DNA of 64,000 nucleotides from a virus (IMGVR_UViG_3300010371_000030:1-64000); one strand, 5' to 3'. Counted from the stretch's first letter, positions 1 to 9,869 are shown. The notes: generated by a model from the letters alone, not told the origin. Numbers and translations are program-made.

Positions 1-80
1 CCCCCCCCCCCCCCCCCCCCTACGTTGGCGCCTGTTATCCTACCTCATACTACCTTGGGTGCCTGGGTAGGAGAAACAAC

Positions 81-112
81 GACGCCCGCGTCGGAGGTCC
101 GACGCGGGCGTC
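81..112 (-). terminator. Intrinsic terminator-like hairpin
   Basis: Perfect 15-bp inverted repeat GACGCCCGCGTCGGA-gg-TCCGACGCGGGCGTC about 25 nt downstream of the 137..1201 stop, followed on the minus strand by GTTGTTTCTCC. Confidence 0.75.
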
Positions 113-136
113 TGAGGTAGGTGGAAGGGCGGAAGG

Positions 137-1201
137 CTACGCCTTGAGAGCGTCGACAACGTCAGTGACGTCGGGAGCGAGCGCGGCACCGAGGAAAGAG
201 ATGTCCACGCCCTTGATCCCCCTGAAACGCTTCTCCGCCACGGGGATGGGGCTGGCGAAACGAATGAAGGAGCCGTGGACCTCGGTGCCATCGGGCTCCA
301 CGAGCCCCTTCTCCACGAGCTCATCGAGCGCCTTGTGCGCAGCCTTCGGAGCGCCCTCGGAGGTGGTCACGACGTACACCCCGCCCGGCCGACGCTTGCC
401 GCACTTGCGCTTCTTTTCCACCACGAGCGCTTCCGGCCCCACCGGGGCGAAGTCCTTGACCGCCTCCAGCTTCTCTTCGTCTTCCTCGCCGGACATGATG
501 TACTCGATGCGCTCCGGCACGAAGACACCGAACACCTGGGCGTTGGGCATCTCGCCCGTTCCGCCGCACGCGGGGCACATGTGCTTCTCCACCACCAGAT
601 CTGGATCGAACTTGGTCGGCTGGTGGAGCCAGTAGTTGTAGCGCCTGTAGTCCCAGACGTCGTCATCGACCAGCAGGACGTGTCCGCCCGTGCCCGTCTC
701 GACGGACGCCCGCCCCTCACAGATGACGCACGCGGCGTCTCGCTCGTCCAACGTCCTGATCTTGGCCTCGCGCAGCGCGACGTAGCGCCTGTCGCCCTCG
801 GGCGCCATCAGCTCCCATCCGGCGAAGCCAGCCGCCTCGGGCGCGTGGCGCTTGCGAACGCTGTCGATGGCCTCCTGGAGGGCGATACGCTCCACCGCGC
901 GCTTCCGACACTCGGGGCACTCGACGGGGCCGATGCAATGGGCGCAGGCGGTGGTCTCGCCCTCGTCATGGGCCACGAAGATGGCGACGCCCGGCCGCAT
1001 GAGCGCCTTCCCGGCATCGACCGACGGAAGGCGCTTGGAGATGCCCATCTCCACGGCTTCGTCGGTCCAGTCGCCGATGCCGGGGTAACTGTCGCTGCCG
1101 ATCCACATCAGGTAGGCGCTCGTGATGGCCGGCTCGGGCGGCGGCGCGGGCTTCCTCTTGGTCTTGACGGGCTTGGGTGCGACGCTGGTCGTGGTGTCCA
1201 T
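137..1201 (-). CDS. Hypothetical protein with several CxxC / CxxCxGxG Zn-binding motifs
   Basis: 354-aa ORF with GAGGAG RBS; motifs CAHC, CPEC, CVICEGR, CPACGGTG. Confidence 0.75.
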   Translation of the reverse strand: MDTTTSVAPKPVKTKRKPAPPPEPAITSAYLMWIGSDSYPGIGDWTDEAVEMGISKRLPSVDAGKALMRPGVAIFVAHDEGETTACAHCIGPVECPECRKRAVERIALQEAIDSVRKRHAPEAAGFAGWELMAPEGDRRYVALREAKIRTLDERDAACVICEGRASVETGTGGHVLLVDDDVWDYRRYNYWLHQPTKFDPDLVVEKHMCPACGGTGEMPNAQVFGVFVPERIEYIMSGEEDEEKLEAVKDFAPVGPEALVVEKKRKCGKRRPGGVYVVTTSEGAPKAAHKALDELVEKGLVEPDGTEVHGSFIRFASPIPVAEKRFRGIKGVDISFLGAALAPDVTDVVDALKA

Positions 1202-1226
1202 GGCTGGTCTCCTCGCTTCCAGGGAG

Positions 1227-1255
1227 AGCGTAGCGCGTCCGCTTCCACCCGTCTA
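1227..1255 (-). promoter_or_regulatory. Putative sigma70-like promoter TAGACG-N17-TACGCT
   Basis: Intergenic, 17-nt spacing, -10 matches the TAnnCT seen at other module starts. Confidence 0.45.
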
Positions 1256-1300
1256 GTGGGACGGCCAAAGAACACTGATAACTGTCGTCGGAGGTGGAAG

Positions 1301-1918
1301 CTACTCGGCAGCAGCTTCCTCGGGCTCGCCCTCGGTCGTGAACTTCACGAGCCCGAGGCGTTCCAGGTCGAATTCGTCGATGAGAGCATTGGCACCGACG
1401 TGGCAGCCCAGCTCCTGGTTGAGGATGGCGAGGGTTAGCCCGATGGCCGCGGGCGAGCGCCCGGCGGTCACCTTCTCCAGGATGGTCTTGATCCGAGCAC
1501 GGGCCACCACCACGGCCACGGGCTCGCCTTCCTCGGCCGGCTGGGCTGCCTCGGGCTCCACGATAGCGTTCTTGATCGTGGTCTCCTCGGCCAAGTCGAC
1601 CGTCGGCGGCGGAGGGGGCGGCACTTCCCCGGCCGGAGCGGAGCGCCGAAACCTCCGAACAGGCGGAGGCGCGGCCGGAGGCGGAGGGGCAGCAGGCTCT
1701 GGCAGCTCGGTGGCAGGCTCGGGCTCCTCGGCCGTCGCCTCCGCCTCGGACTCCACGGCGGTCTCTTCGGTCGCGTCCCTGTAGCCGTACTGGGGGCAGT
1801 CGGGATTGCGACAGAAGGCGTACGGGTCCTCAGGCCGGACCTTGGCGCCCTTCTCCATCGACTTGTAGAGCGCGCGGGCGCAGTCGGCGCACTTGGGGTG
1901 GGCGGCATGGACGGTCAT
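1301..1918 (-). CDS. Hypothetical protein, N-terminal Zn-ribbon (CxxC...CxNPxC) and acidic/Pro-rich linker
   Basis: 205-aa ORF packed in tandem with its neighbours. Confidence 0.7.
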   Translation of the reverse strand: MTVHAAHPKCADCARALYKSMEKGAKVRPEDPYAFCRNPDCPQYGYRDATEETAVESEAEATAEEPEPATELPEPAAPPPPAAPPPVRRFRRSAPAGEVPPPPPPTVDLAEETTIKNAIVEPEAAQPAEEGEPVAVVVARARIKTILEKVTAGRSPAAIGLTLAILNQELGCHVGANALIDEFDLERLGLVKFTTEGEPEEAAAE

Positions 1919-1922
1919 GGCG

Positions 1923-2201
1923 TCACCTGAGCTCGATGGCGATCACGGTCATGAGCGGGATGGTGTCCGACGGATCGCCATTGAGCTCGATGTCCGTGAT
2001 GACGTTCTGCTTACGGTTGTTGTACCTGATCTCACGCATGTGGATCGCAGTCAGCTTACCGCCGCGCACCACACCGTCGGACGTCTCCAGGTTCACGTAC
2101 TTGCCGACGCCGTTGGCGATGTCGTTGAGCCAGCCGGCCACGTTCGGGTCCGGGCGGGCGACGGACACGCTTGCGCCCGCCTGGTGGTTATTCGCTGCCA
2201 T
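1923..2201 (-). CDS. Hypothetical protein
   Basis: Likely start MAANNH at 2201 inside track ORF 1923..2270, overlapping the end of the upstream ORF. Confidence 0.65.
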   Translation of the reverse strand: MAANNHQAGASVSVARPDPNVAGWLNDIANGVGKYVNLETSDGVVRGGKLTAIHMREIRYNNRKQNVITDIELNGDPSDTIPLMTVIAIELR

Positions 2202-2397
2202 CGTCTTTCCCCTGTTTCTTCCAGCACTCTTCCGAGCAGTGCGACTTATGTTTTGGAACCCAGTTACCACACGGGCACTGGGACTGTCGGAAGATGGAGA
2301 GCCCGTCCTTGACTCTGTTGAACAGAGTGCGCTCCGCCCCCGTCATGTAGGGCAGCTCCGGATTGAGCTTGAGCCACGAAGTGTGAATGATTCCCAT
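2188..2397 (-). CDS. Small hypothetical protein with Zn-finger-like CPCG...HCSEEC motif
   Basis: 69-aa ORF directly after a putative promoter. Confidence 0.6.
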   Translation of the reverse strand: MGIIHTSWLKLNPELPYMTGAERTLFNRVKDGLSIFRQSQCPCGNWVPKHKSHCSEECWKKQGKDDGSE

Positions 2398-2423
2398 CGT
2401 CCAAACGTCCCAATCGCCCCAAT

Positions 2424-2452
2424 AGGGTAACGCGCGATTGGCGCGGACGGAA
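2424..2452 (-). promoter_or_regulatory. Putative promoter TTCCGT-N17-TACCCT
   Basis: Intergenic, 17-nt spacing. Confidence 0.45.
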
Positions 2453-2471
2453 GGTCAAACGGGGCAACCGA

Positions 2472-3443
2472 CTACGATTGCCCCATAGACATCAAAGCGT
2501 ACAGTTCCGCAGGCGCCGCCAGCGACTGGAACTTGTACTTGCGAAGATGTTCCAGAACATCTCTCTGGCTCGCCTTCCCCGGAAGGCGCTCCACAGGAAG
2601 GTCGGTGCGTACCTGCGACACCTTGTAGTACAGAATCACATCGAGCGCGGCGGCGGCGACGAGCGCACGGAGGCGTGGCGTCAGCGGCCATCCTTCATCC
2701 TCGTTGATCGCCGCACGAAGCACCTTGTTCAGGCTACCATAGTGGTTGACGAGAGTCACGCCGGACTTCTTGCCAATGCCGTGGACGCCAGGCAAGTTAT
2801 CCTTGCCTCCGACGAGCGCCTTGAGCGCCGCCATCTGTTCCGGGGCGACGCCATGCTTGGCGATGACTTCCTCCGGCGTGTAGATGTGGTCGCTGACGCC
2901 CTTGCTCTTGCCGCCACCCTTGAACTTCTGCTCCGGAGCGACCACGGACACCGAGCCTTCACGCACCAGTTGGCGAAGGTCGGAGTCACCGCTGTAGATG
3001 TAGACCGTCTCGCCTTTGCCCGCCCACTTCGTCGCAAGGTGGCCAACCACGTCGTCGCCTTCACACCCCACGCCCATGTACTGCTCGACGCCCATCGACA
3101 CGAGCACCTGCTTGAGACGCTCCTCCTGGCCGATCATCTCGCGGATGAACTCCAGACGCTCTGCGTCCATCTCTTCGTCCTTGCCCTTGTATGACGGGTA
3201 CAAATCGAATCGGAAGTTGCGAGGGCGTGGGCGACCGTCGGCGCGCTTGCCGTGTTGCCCCTCCCAAGTCACGGCGACCCTGCCGCCGTACTTGGCGTGG
3301 ACTCGAATGGCGACGCTGAGGAAGCCATACATGCCTCCGGTCGGAACATCCTCGCCATCCAGCTCCACGGACAAGTCCGAGTGCGCGTCAGCTGTACGCC
3401 ATAGCAAGTGGCGGCCATCGATGATGAGACGGTTACACCTCAT
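2472..3443 (-). CDS. 5'-3' exonuclease / flap endonuclease (PolA N-terminal / T4 RNase H family)
   Basis: LIIDGRHLLWR, FRFDLYPSYKG, EGDDVVG, SGDSDLRQL, and the H3TH motif DNLPGVHGIGKK. Confidence 0.92.
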   Translation of the reverse strand: MRCNRLIIDGRHLLWRTADAHSDLSVELDGEDVPTGGMYGFLSVAIRVHAKYGGRVAVTWEGQHGKRADGRPRPRNFRFDLYPSYKGKDEEMDAERLEFIREMIGQEERLKQVLVSMGVEQYMGVGCEGDDVVGHLATKWAGKGETVYIYSGDSDLRQLVREGSVSVVAPEQKFKGGGKSKGVSDHIYTPEEVIAKHGVAPEQMAALKALVGGKDNLPGVHGIGKKSGVTLVNHYGSLNKVLRAAINEDEGWPLTPRLRALVAAAALDVILYYKVSQVRTDLPVERLPGKASQRDVLEHLRKYKFQSLAAPAELYALMSMGQS

Positions 3444-3792
3444 GGCGCTTGTCTCCGGGCAGCGGAACGTAGTGGGCGATGCCGTGGATCTCCTCCCTCC
3501 ACCACCGCTTCCCTCGGTTGTTCTCGCTGTACCATCGTTGACGCTCGATAGGGCACGCCGGAGCCTCGCCCCGGGCGCGCCACTTGGCCTCGATACGGAA
3601 CCACTCCGCCAGCGCCGGATTGGCAGGCGCCTTCGGGTCGCAGCCGGGGCACCCGAGCCGGTGGTGAATGTCGTCCACCAGCCCGTGTGTGTAATACATG
3701 AACTCCAGCTGGCCCATCTTGGCCATGTCGTCGGTGTACTCGGTGATCCCGATGGCCGACGAGTGCTTGCTGACGGGCTTGTCCGAGTGCAT
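3433..3792 (-). CDS. Hypothetical protein
   Basis: Start MHSDKP overlaps the upstream stop (TGATG); contains CPGC. Confidence 0.55.
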   Translation of the reverse strand: MHSDKPVSKHSSAIGITEYTDDMAKMGQLEFMYYTHGLVDDIHHRLGCPGCDPKAPANPALAEWFRIEAKWRARGEAPACPIERQRWYSENNRGKRWWREEIHGIAHYVPLPGDKRHEV

Positions 3793-4103
3793 CAGCTTGC
3801 CCGTCGGCGGATGTCCAGCGGCGACCGCCTCTTGGCCTTGGCCAGAGCGGGTCCGCCCGGCTTCTTTTCGGGCTCCATCGTGCTGCCGCACTTCAGACAT
3901 CGGTCTAGCCTCTCAGGGTTTCGATGGTGGGAACAGCTAGCCTGGATCGTCTGAATCTCGATCAGCAGGCGTTGGACTTCGCCCTCTTCACGCTCGATGT
4001 CTCGGTGGCTGGCTTGCCCGAGTGGAAGCAGACGCCGCGCCTCCGCCAAGCGTCGCTCCGCCAGTCCAAGATCACGAACCAACTCCCAAGTGTTCGCCGC
4101 CAT
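3792..4103 (-). CDS. Hypothetical protein (coiled coil plus CxH...CxxCG Zn-ribbon)
   Basis: 103-aa ORF with AGGAG RBS. Confidence 0.6.
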   Translation of the reverse strand: MAANTWELVRDLGLAERRLAEARRLLPLGQASHRDIEREEGEVQRLLIEIQTIQASCSHHRNPERLDRCLKCGSTMEPEKKPGGPALAKAKRRSPLDIRRRAS

Positions 4104-4148
4104 CGGAAGTCTCCTGGGCTTCCGTAACGGACGGACTCAAGGGCGCTG

Positions 4149-4871
4149 TCAAGTCTCGCGGCAGATCCACTCACGCGAGAGAAGCGACGTTGGATATGTC
4201 GCCGTAACTCGGTTGAACACCTGGATCTCTTTCGGCTGGAGCTGGTCCAGGCGGATGATGCCGAAGCGCAGCAACACCTCCGTCCAGACGAGCACGGCGA
4301 TGGTGTACGCGTCGGCCAAGTCTTCCGACGTCCGCCGGGATGGATGCTTGCCCGTCTGAGGACCGTTGTATGCTCCGAAGTCCCACCCCCAACGGTCGGC
4401 AACGGCGGCTTCGATTGCGTCCTTGGGCGCTCCGCCGTTGAACGTCGCGAACATCTTCACGCTTACCGGATCGTGCAGCCGGAAGTGAACGCCCCTCTTC
4501 CACAGGAGCATCCTCGCCATGCCACCCACTTCACCGAGCTGATGAGCGCCTTGCCCTTCGTGCAACGCATAGTCTTCCACGCCCACGTAGTCAGGACCGG
4601 AAGCGAGCGGGACGCTGTCGAGCCACTCTTCAATCCACGCCAGACGCTTCATCGCCTTGGTGTGCTTGTCCGCCTTGCCGTCCAACGTCAATCGGTAGCC
4701 GATGCCATGGCACCTGCTAGCAGAGCCGGCTTGGTCGGTGTAGTACCAGAAGGTGTCGAGCGCTCCGTTGCGAAGTTGAACGACGGCTCCGTGGTTGAGA
4801 GATAGGTCCATGCCTTGGACTACAACGTCGCCGTCAACGTCGATGGCGGTCACGTTCAGGACTTCGCTCAC
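4149..4871 (-). CDS. ruvC: RuvC-like Holliday junction resolvase
   Basis: GMDLSLNHGA, VGVEDYA, LGEVGG, PVSVKMFATFNGGAPKD and EDLADAY motifs. Confidence 0.85.
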   Translation of the reverse strand: MSEVLNVTAIDVDGDVVVQGMDLSLNHGAVVQLRNGALDTFWYYTDQAGSASRCHGIGYRLTLDGKADKHTKAMKRLAWIEEWLDSVPLASGPDYVGVEDYALHEGQGAHQLGEVGGMARMLLWKRGVHFRLHDPVSVKMFATFNGGAPKDAIEAAVADRWGWDFGAYNGPQTGKHPSRRTSEDLADAYTIAVLVWTEVLLRFGIIRLDQLQPKEIQVFNRVTATYPTSLLSREWICRET

Positions 4872-5038
4872 AGGTCATTCTCCGGGCAAGCGGGGTTGAG
4901 GCACTCATACGTGACGATGTCGGCGTCGCTCTCTCCATCTCCGCTTACGGCACCGTTGGGATGCTCGTCATCGAGCGTGACGCTGATCTCTCGCGTGATC
5001 GTCTCGTTGAGCACTTGCCCGCACGTCTCGCAACGCAT
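4868..5038 (-). CDS. Small Zn-ribbon protein (56 aa, absent from the ORF track)
   Basis: Translated by hand: MRCETCGQVLNETITREISVTLDDEHPNGAVSGDGESDADIVTYECLNPACPENDL; start overlaps the SbcC stop and stop overlaps the RuvC start. Confidence 0.7.
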   Translation of the reverse strand: MRCETCGQVLNETITREISVTLDDEHPNGAVSGDGESDADIVTYECLNPACPENDL

Positions 5039-6933
5039 CACGCCACCTCCAGCGTTGACACGCCATCCTTCTTCACGACTGTGATCGCTCGCTCGAACAC
5101 CTCAGCAACGTCTTGCTCGTGGCTGACGACGAAGATGGAGCCACGACGCGAACGAAGCGAGTGAAGCAAGTGGAGTACGCGCTGACGCCCCTCGGCATCG
5201 AGTCCGTCAAGACACTCATCGAGGCAAAGCAAGTCGATGAACGCACCTTCACGAGAGCAAGCGAGATCCATCAGCGCGAAGTCAGTAGCCACGGACATCT
5301 TCTTGAACTGCCCTCCGCTCGGAGGATAACCGTCCACTCCCTCGATGCTCCAGTTGATGCCGATCTCATCTCGATACTCGCCCTTGGCCTTGAGCTCTCG
5401 TTGGGTGCTGAACGTCATCGTGATGTCGCCATCGGCGAGCACTTCCAAGTAGTGGTTCGCGCGCTCGGTGAGATACGGCATCCACTTGTCGAGTGCGAAC
5501 GAGGGCAACCCAGTCGGGCCGAAGCCGCGCATCCAGAACTCAAAGTGAGCTCGTCTGTTCGTGACGGCATCCAACTCCGCTTGCGTCGTCTCGATGAGCG
5601 CGTTGAGCTCATCGACGCGAGCACGCGCGGTCTCCAACCGAGACGTATGTGGATTGGTCTCTGCCGCGATGGACTTCGCTTCATCCAACTTCGCTCTTGC
5701 CGAGGCGGCGACGACATCGACACGACGGCCGTGATCGCGACCTTCGTTCAACTCATCAAGAGCGTTGGCGATCAAGTCATCGTGACGTCTGACTTCGCGT
5801 GAGGCTCGCCGGGCTGCGTCGCGCCTCTTGAACTCATCGGCAAGTGACGCGCGAGCAACGCTCAACCGCTTGCTCGCGTCATGCCACTCATCGGTCTTGG
5901 TCTCAAAGTCAGCGCGCATCTGAACGACGTGCTCATGCGCCGTGCTACCCTCCGCGAGAGAGCTGGAGCAAGTCGGGCACGTGCTCTCGCCCTCCAACGC
6001 AGCCAGACGTTCATCGATGCTCTGCGCCTCACGCTCTGCCGTGCGCACTTCCACGTCGATGTCGTTGACTCGCTCCTGGAGCGTAGTGATCGAAGCCTCG
6101 ATGGCGTCGATGCCCGATGCTGACTTGGAGCGCTCCGCACGCTCGCTTCGGAGCGAAGCCAATCGCGTCTCGATGTCGTCCAAGTCGGGCGCACTCGCGC
6201 GGAGCGTCTTAGCTTCCGTCAGGAAGGCACGAGCGCTCTCCCGGGCGGCGACCACTCGGTCACGACGTTCATCGTCCCAGGCGCTGGTCTCTGCCTCCAG
6301 CCCATCCAAGTCGATCTCATCGACACGAGCCCGATACGTCGCGAGGGTTGCCGACAGCGATGACTCCGACCGTTTGAGGTCAAGGTTCTGCTCCTTGGTC
6401 CACGCGTGGCAGACACCGTAGATGTTCGTGCGGAGGATGCGTTGAAGAACTTCCTTGCGCTGGGCGTCAGTCACTTCCGGCTCTGCGAAGCGCTTGTTGT
6501 CGCGCTGAGCATACATGGAGGTGTTCCTGAACGCTTGGAAGTCGATTCCAAGCAGCTCGTTGATTCGCGCTTGAAGCTCGGTCCTGCTCCCGTCTTGTAG
6601 AGCACCGTCACGGTAGAGCCGGAGGCGAGGCGCGCCCTTTCGACGATCACGCTCCCATCGCCACGACGTCTCTCCGTCCGTCGCCTCTACCTTCGCGCTC
6701 GCGCACTTGGTACCCAAGCGGATGATCTTGTCAGGGTCCTCATCGTCGATAGTCTCACCGTACAACGCCCACGTGATGACCTTGAAGACGTTGGACTTGC
6801 CTGAGCCGTTGCTCTTGGCCGCCTCGGAGTCACAGTTGTGACCGCCGATCCATACCAGCCCCTGGCGATGGAGAGGCATCTCCAGTCGCTCGAATGAGCA
6901 GGCGTTAGTCGCGGTGACCGAAAGCAGATCCAT
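5038..6933 (-). CDS. sbcC: SbcC/Rad50 (T4 gp46-like) recombination ATPase
   Basis: Walker A NGSGKS, coiled coil, Zn-hook CPTC, signature SGGQ, Walker B LDECLDGLD, H-loop VSH. Confidence 0.93.
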   Translation of the reverse strand: MDLLSVTATNACSFERLEMPLHRQGLVWIGGHNCDSEAAKSNGSGKSNVFKVITWALYGETIDDEDPDKIIRLGTKCASAKVEATDGETSWRWERDRRKGAPRLRLYRDGALQDGSRTELQARINELLGIDFQAFRNTSMYAQRDNKRFAEPEVTDAQRKEVLQRILRTNIYGVCHAWTKEQNLDLKRSESSLSATLATYRARVDEIDLDGLEAETSAWDDERRDRVVAARESARAFLTEAKTLRASAPDLDDIETRLASLRSERAERSKSASGIDAIEASITTLQERVNDIDVEVRTAEREAQSIDERLAALEGESTCPTCSSSLAEGSTAHEHVVQMRADFETKTDEWHDASKRLSVARASLADEFKRRDAARRASREVRRHDDLIANALDELNEGRDHGRRVDVVAASARAKLDEAKSIAAETNPHTSRLETARARVDELNALIETTQAELDAVTNRRAHFEFWMRGFGPTGLPSFALDKWMPYLTERANHYLEVLADGDITMTFSTQRELKAKGEYRDEIGINWSIEGVDGYPPSGGQFKKMSVATDFALMDLACSREGAFIDLLCLDECLDGLDAEGRQRVLHLLHSLRSRRGSIFVVSHEQDVAEVFERAITVVKKDGVSTLEVA

Positions 6934-7498
6934 ACGCACCCACCTGGATGACTTCACGTCCGGAGATGACGGCGCTGCGATGACGTGACTTCTGTTCCTC
7001 AACCCACATCGCGTCGGTGACGTTGAATTGGAAGTCAGCCCTGGTGGCTCGCAGCGAGATGTTGAGAGCACGACCCTTCATTGGGTCGACTCCATAGGCT
7101 CGCTCGATGTCACGTGACCACAGCGTGATGATCTGTGCGAGGCGGTTCTTCAGCTGGTTCCACGATGGAGACGTGGGGTGGAAAAACTCCGTTGGAAAGA
7201 CGATGCTGCCGTTGATCTCCTTCAGCACGGACTTAACATCCACGAGCAACGGGCCCGCGTGTGACATCAGCTTCCAAAGGCTCGGGTCCATCGACGCTTC
7301 AAGAGCGTCGTACTCATCGGCGCGGCGTCTGTATTCCTCCTCACGCTCAGCTGCCGTCGTGAACCTTGCCGCGAACGTCGTTGTCTCGGTCGGCAGCCGC
7401 AGCGACGGCTCCCGAACGAACAGCACCGGGGAAGAGGCGCCCGGACTCGCGATGTCTGGCCCCCGCTCGAAACGTCGGCGCATCTCATCGAGCTTCAT
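6905..7498 (-). CDS. Hypothetical protein
   Basis: 197-aa ORF coupled between sbcD and sbcC. Confidence 0.7.
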   Translation of the reverse strand: MKLDEMRRRFERGPDIASPGASSPVLFVREPSLRLPTETTTFAARFTTAAEREEEYRRRADEYDALEASMDPSLWKLMSHAGPLLVDVKSVLKEINGSIVFPTEFFHPTSPSWNQLKNRLAQIITLWSRDIERAYGVDPMKGRALNISLRATRADFQFNVTDAMWVEEQKSRHRSAVISGREVIQVGAYGSAFGHRD

Positions 7499-8625
7499 GC
7501 CATCCTCCGGCGTGCCTCTTCCAGCGCCTGACGACCGATGCTCTTGAGCAAGTCGACGTCCAAACCATTCGTGTCAACGTCAGCGGAAGCAACGTAAGCA
7601 TCCGCCATCGCCTCCGGCGTCATCGACGTCTCGACGGACGATGCGACCAGACGCTCTGAATGGTGGTAGATGGGACGATGTTTGGCCGAGGCTCGGATGC
7701 CTTCGCCCTTCAAACGTTCGATGTACTCATACACGGCCGGACGGACCGCCACCCACTCGGGCTGAGTGGCCTCGACGGTGACACGTAGGTAGTCGCCGGG
7801 GCGCGCCTCGTGCCGAGTCTTGGCCGCGCTTCCCCGCCACGCAGCGCTCCACATTAGCGGCGCACCGCCGTCCACGAACGTCTCGTCACGTTGCCCGTCG
7901 GAAGTGAAGTCCACGAGCCAGTACCCCGCGGCACGTCCCTCGTCATCCATGCGATGGTGCATGGGCGCTCCGAGGTATCGGCCCTTGTCGTCAGGGCCGA
8001 ACATCTGCGGCGTATGGAAGTGCCCGCTGAGCACGTGGTCGAATCCATCACAGACTTCGTTCGCATCGAGCCCATCGTCGCATGTCCATCCGAGGTGCGT
8101 ACACCCGAGGATGCTATGGTGTAGCAGCAGAACGTTGACGGGGCGTTCCGCCACATTCGCGGAACGGATGGCGCCCAACGCTCGCTCGGTGTGGCTGTAC
8201 TCGACGGGATGGAAGCGCAACCAATCGTCGATATCGATGTACGCAGCAGCACTTCTCGCACCGATGTACTGGACGTCTCGACGCCCCATCTTGCCGAACG
8301 CTTCCACCGTAAACCGCCCGCCCGACGTCGACACCGCGTCGTGGTTGCCCGGCAGGATGTACTTGGGCCCAGGCAGCGACGTAATTGCCTCGACGGTAGC
8401 TGTAAGCGTCACCGCGTCGACCAGCGACTTGTCGAACAGGTCACCTAGAATGTAGGTGGCAGCGGGCTTCGCCTCCTTCACGGTCTGTTCCACGCGCGAC
8501 CACAACGCCAGTTGGTCGTTGAGTCGGTCGGTCACGCCATCGGCGACCAGCTGCGCTTGAGGCAGCTTGTTCGACATATGGATGTCCGAGATGAACAGAG
8601 CACGATAGGAGTGAACCCGGGGCAT
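7495..8625 (-). CDS. sbcD: SbcD/Mre11 (T4 gp47-like) metallophosphoesterase nuclease
   Basis: SDIH, GDLFD, PGNHD, LHH and SGHFH motifs. Confidence 0.92.
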   Translation of the reverse strand: MPRVHSYRALFISDIHMSNKLPQAQLVADGVTDRLNDQLALWSRVEQTVKEAKPAATYILGDLFDKSLVDAVTLTATVEAITSLPGPKYILPGNHDAVSTSGGRFTVEAFGKMGRRDVQYIGARSAAAYIDIDDWLRFHPVEYSHTERALGAIRSANVAERPVNVLLLHHSILGCTHLGWTCDDGLDANEVCDGFDHVLSGHFHTPQMFGPDDKGRYLGAPMHHRMDDEGRAAGYWLVDFTSDGQRDETFVDGGAPLMWSAAWRGSAAKTRHEARPGDYLRVTVEATQPEWVAVRPAVYEYIERLKGEGIRASAKHRPIYHHSERLVASSVETSMTPEAMADAYVASADVDTNGLDVDLLKSIGRQALEEARRRMA

Positions 8626-8633
8626 CGTTCGCC

Positions 8634-9860
8634 TCACAGCCCGTACGCCGGGCAACCCTCGATACAGTCGCCCGGCGAGGCCAGGCAATCGTCGCTGTGG
8701 TGGATGACCTCGCCCGACTCTGCTGCCGCCTCCGCTTCCTCCACCCAGCCCATCTTGCTCCGGAGTGCCCAGTTGATGTCGGCCGTCATCGTCGCGTTGG
8801 CGGCAAGAGCCTTGGCCGCGGCGATGGCGCCGTTGCCGATGCGCTCATCGTTGTAGGAGAACCATCCGCCCGTCTTGACGACAATCTTCTGGGCGACTGC
8901 CGTCATGAGCAGGGAATAGTGGAAGTCGATGCCTTGGCCGTAGCGAACAAGGAAGCCTGCCTTGCGGAAGGGCGGGGCCACCTTGTTCTTCTTGGCCTGG
9001 GCCTCGCACATGTAACCGACCTTGATGGCGTCTTGGTCGTCGCCCGTCGTCGCGGCGCCATCCGCGGACTCTCGCGATGCCCCCGTGGGCGTGAGCTTGA
9101 GGATGATGCTGGCGTAGAATTTGGGCGCCTCGCCACCGGCAATCTCGTCAGGATCGCCGAACATGACGTTGAGCTTCTTGCGCACCTGGCTGATGAAGAT
9201 CAGCGCCACATCCTCCTTGTAGCAGGCCGCGCAGAGCTTGGGCAACTCCGCGGACCAGATGCGCGCCTCCGGCGCCACGTGTGCGTCGCCGGGCTGCCCG
9301 TCGATGCGACACTTGGCGATGGCCGCGTTGATCGAGTCCAAGACGATGACGATGGGGACGCGACGCCCCAGACGCTGTCGGTGTGCAGCCGCCAAGTCGA
9401 TGATCTTGTACATCATCTTGACGATGTCTTCCAGCGTACCGTCTTGGCTGATGATCAGACGGTTCACGTCCACGCCGATGGCAGCAGCGTACTCCGGATC
9501 CAGAGTGTGCTCCTTGTCGATGTAGACGGCCAAGCCGCCCTCTTGCTGACATTGGGCGACGATGTGTAGCGCCAGCGTCGTCTTCCCGCAACCCTCCTTG
9601 CCGTGGAGGATGGTCAACCGAGCGAGCGGGACGCCCCCACGTCCCAACGCGACGTCCAGACCAGGGCATTGCGTCGAGATGACACCCCTGATCTTGAACG
9701 CCATGGCATCCGAACCCACGAACATAGCGACGTCATCGCCGCCGCAGGCCGCTCGGATTCCTCCGAGGACCTCAACGGCGATGTCGTCATCTGCGAACGC
9801 GGGGGATGCGGCCGTGGCAGCGTCCGTGGCGGACGCTTTGGACTTCTTTTTGGCCGCCAT
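8634..9860 (-). CDS. recA: RecA/UvsX recombinase
   Basis: LDVALGRGGVP, GKEGCGKTT, YIDKEHTLD, IVLDS, GGEAPKFYAS and KKNKVAPPFR. Confidence 0.96.
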   Translation of the reverse strand: MAAKKKSKASATDAATAASPAFADDDIAVEVLGGIRAACGGDDVAMFVGSDAMAFKIRGVISTQCPGLDVALGRGGVPLARLTILHGKEGCGKTTLALHIVAQCQQEGGLAVYIDKEHTLDPEYAAAIGVDVNRLIISQDGTLEDIVKMMYKIIDLAAAHRQRLGRRVPIVIVLDSINAAIAKCRIDGQPGDAHVAPEARIWSAELPKLCAACYKEDVALIFISQVRKKLNVMFGDPDEIAGGEAPKFYASIILKLTPTGASRESADGAATTGDDQDAIKVGYMCEAQAKKNKVAPPFRKAGFLVRYGQGIDFHYSLLMTAVAQKIVVKTGGWFSYNDERIGNGAIAAAKALAANATMTADINWALRSKMGWVEEAEAAAESGEVIHHSDDCLASPGDCIEGCPAYGL

Positions 9861-9869
9861 GGGTGTGGA

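Noticed and set aside
1-20. Poly-C run of 20 nt at the window edge
   Set aside because: Most likely a poly-G sequencing or assembly artefact at a contig end, not a biological terminal structure
4120-4152. TTGACA on the minus strand at the ruvC end (also near 36521..36526)
   Set aside because: No acceptable -10 hexamer at 16-18 nt spacing
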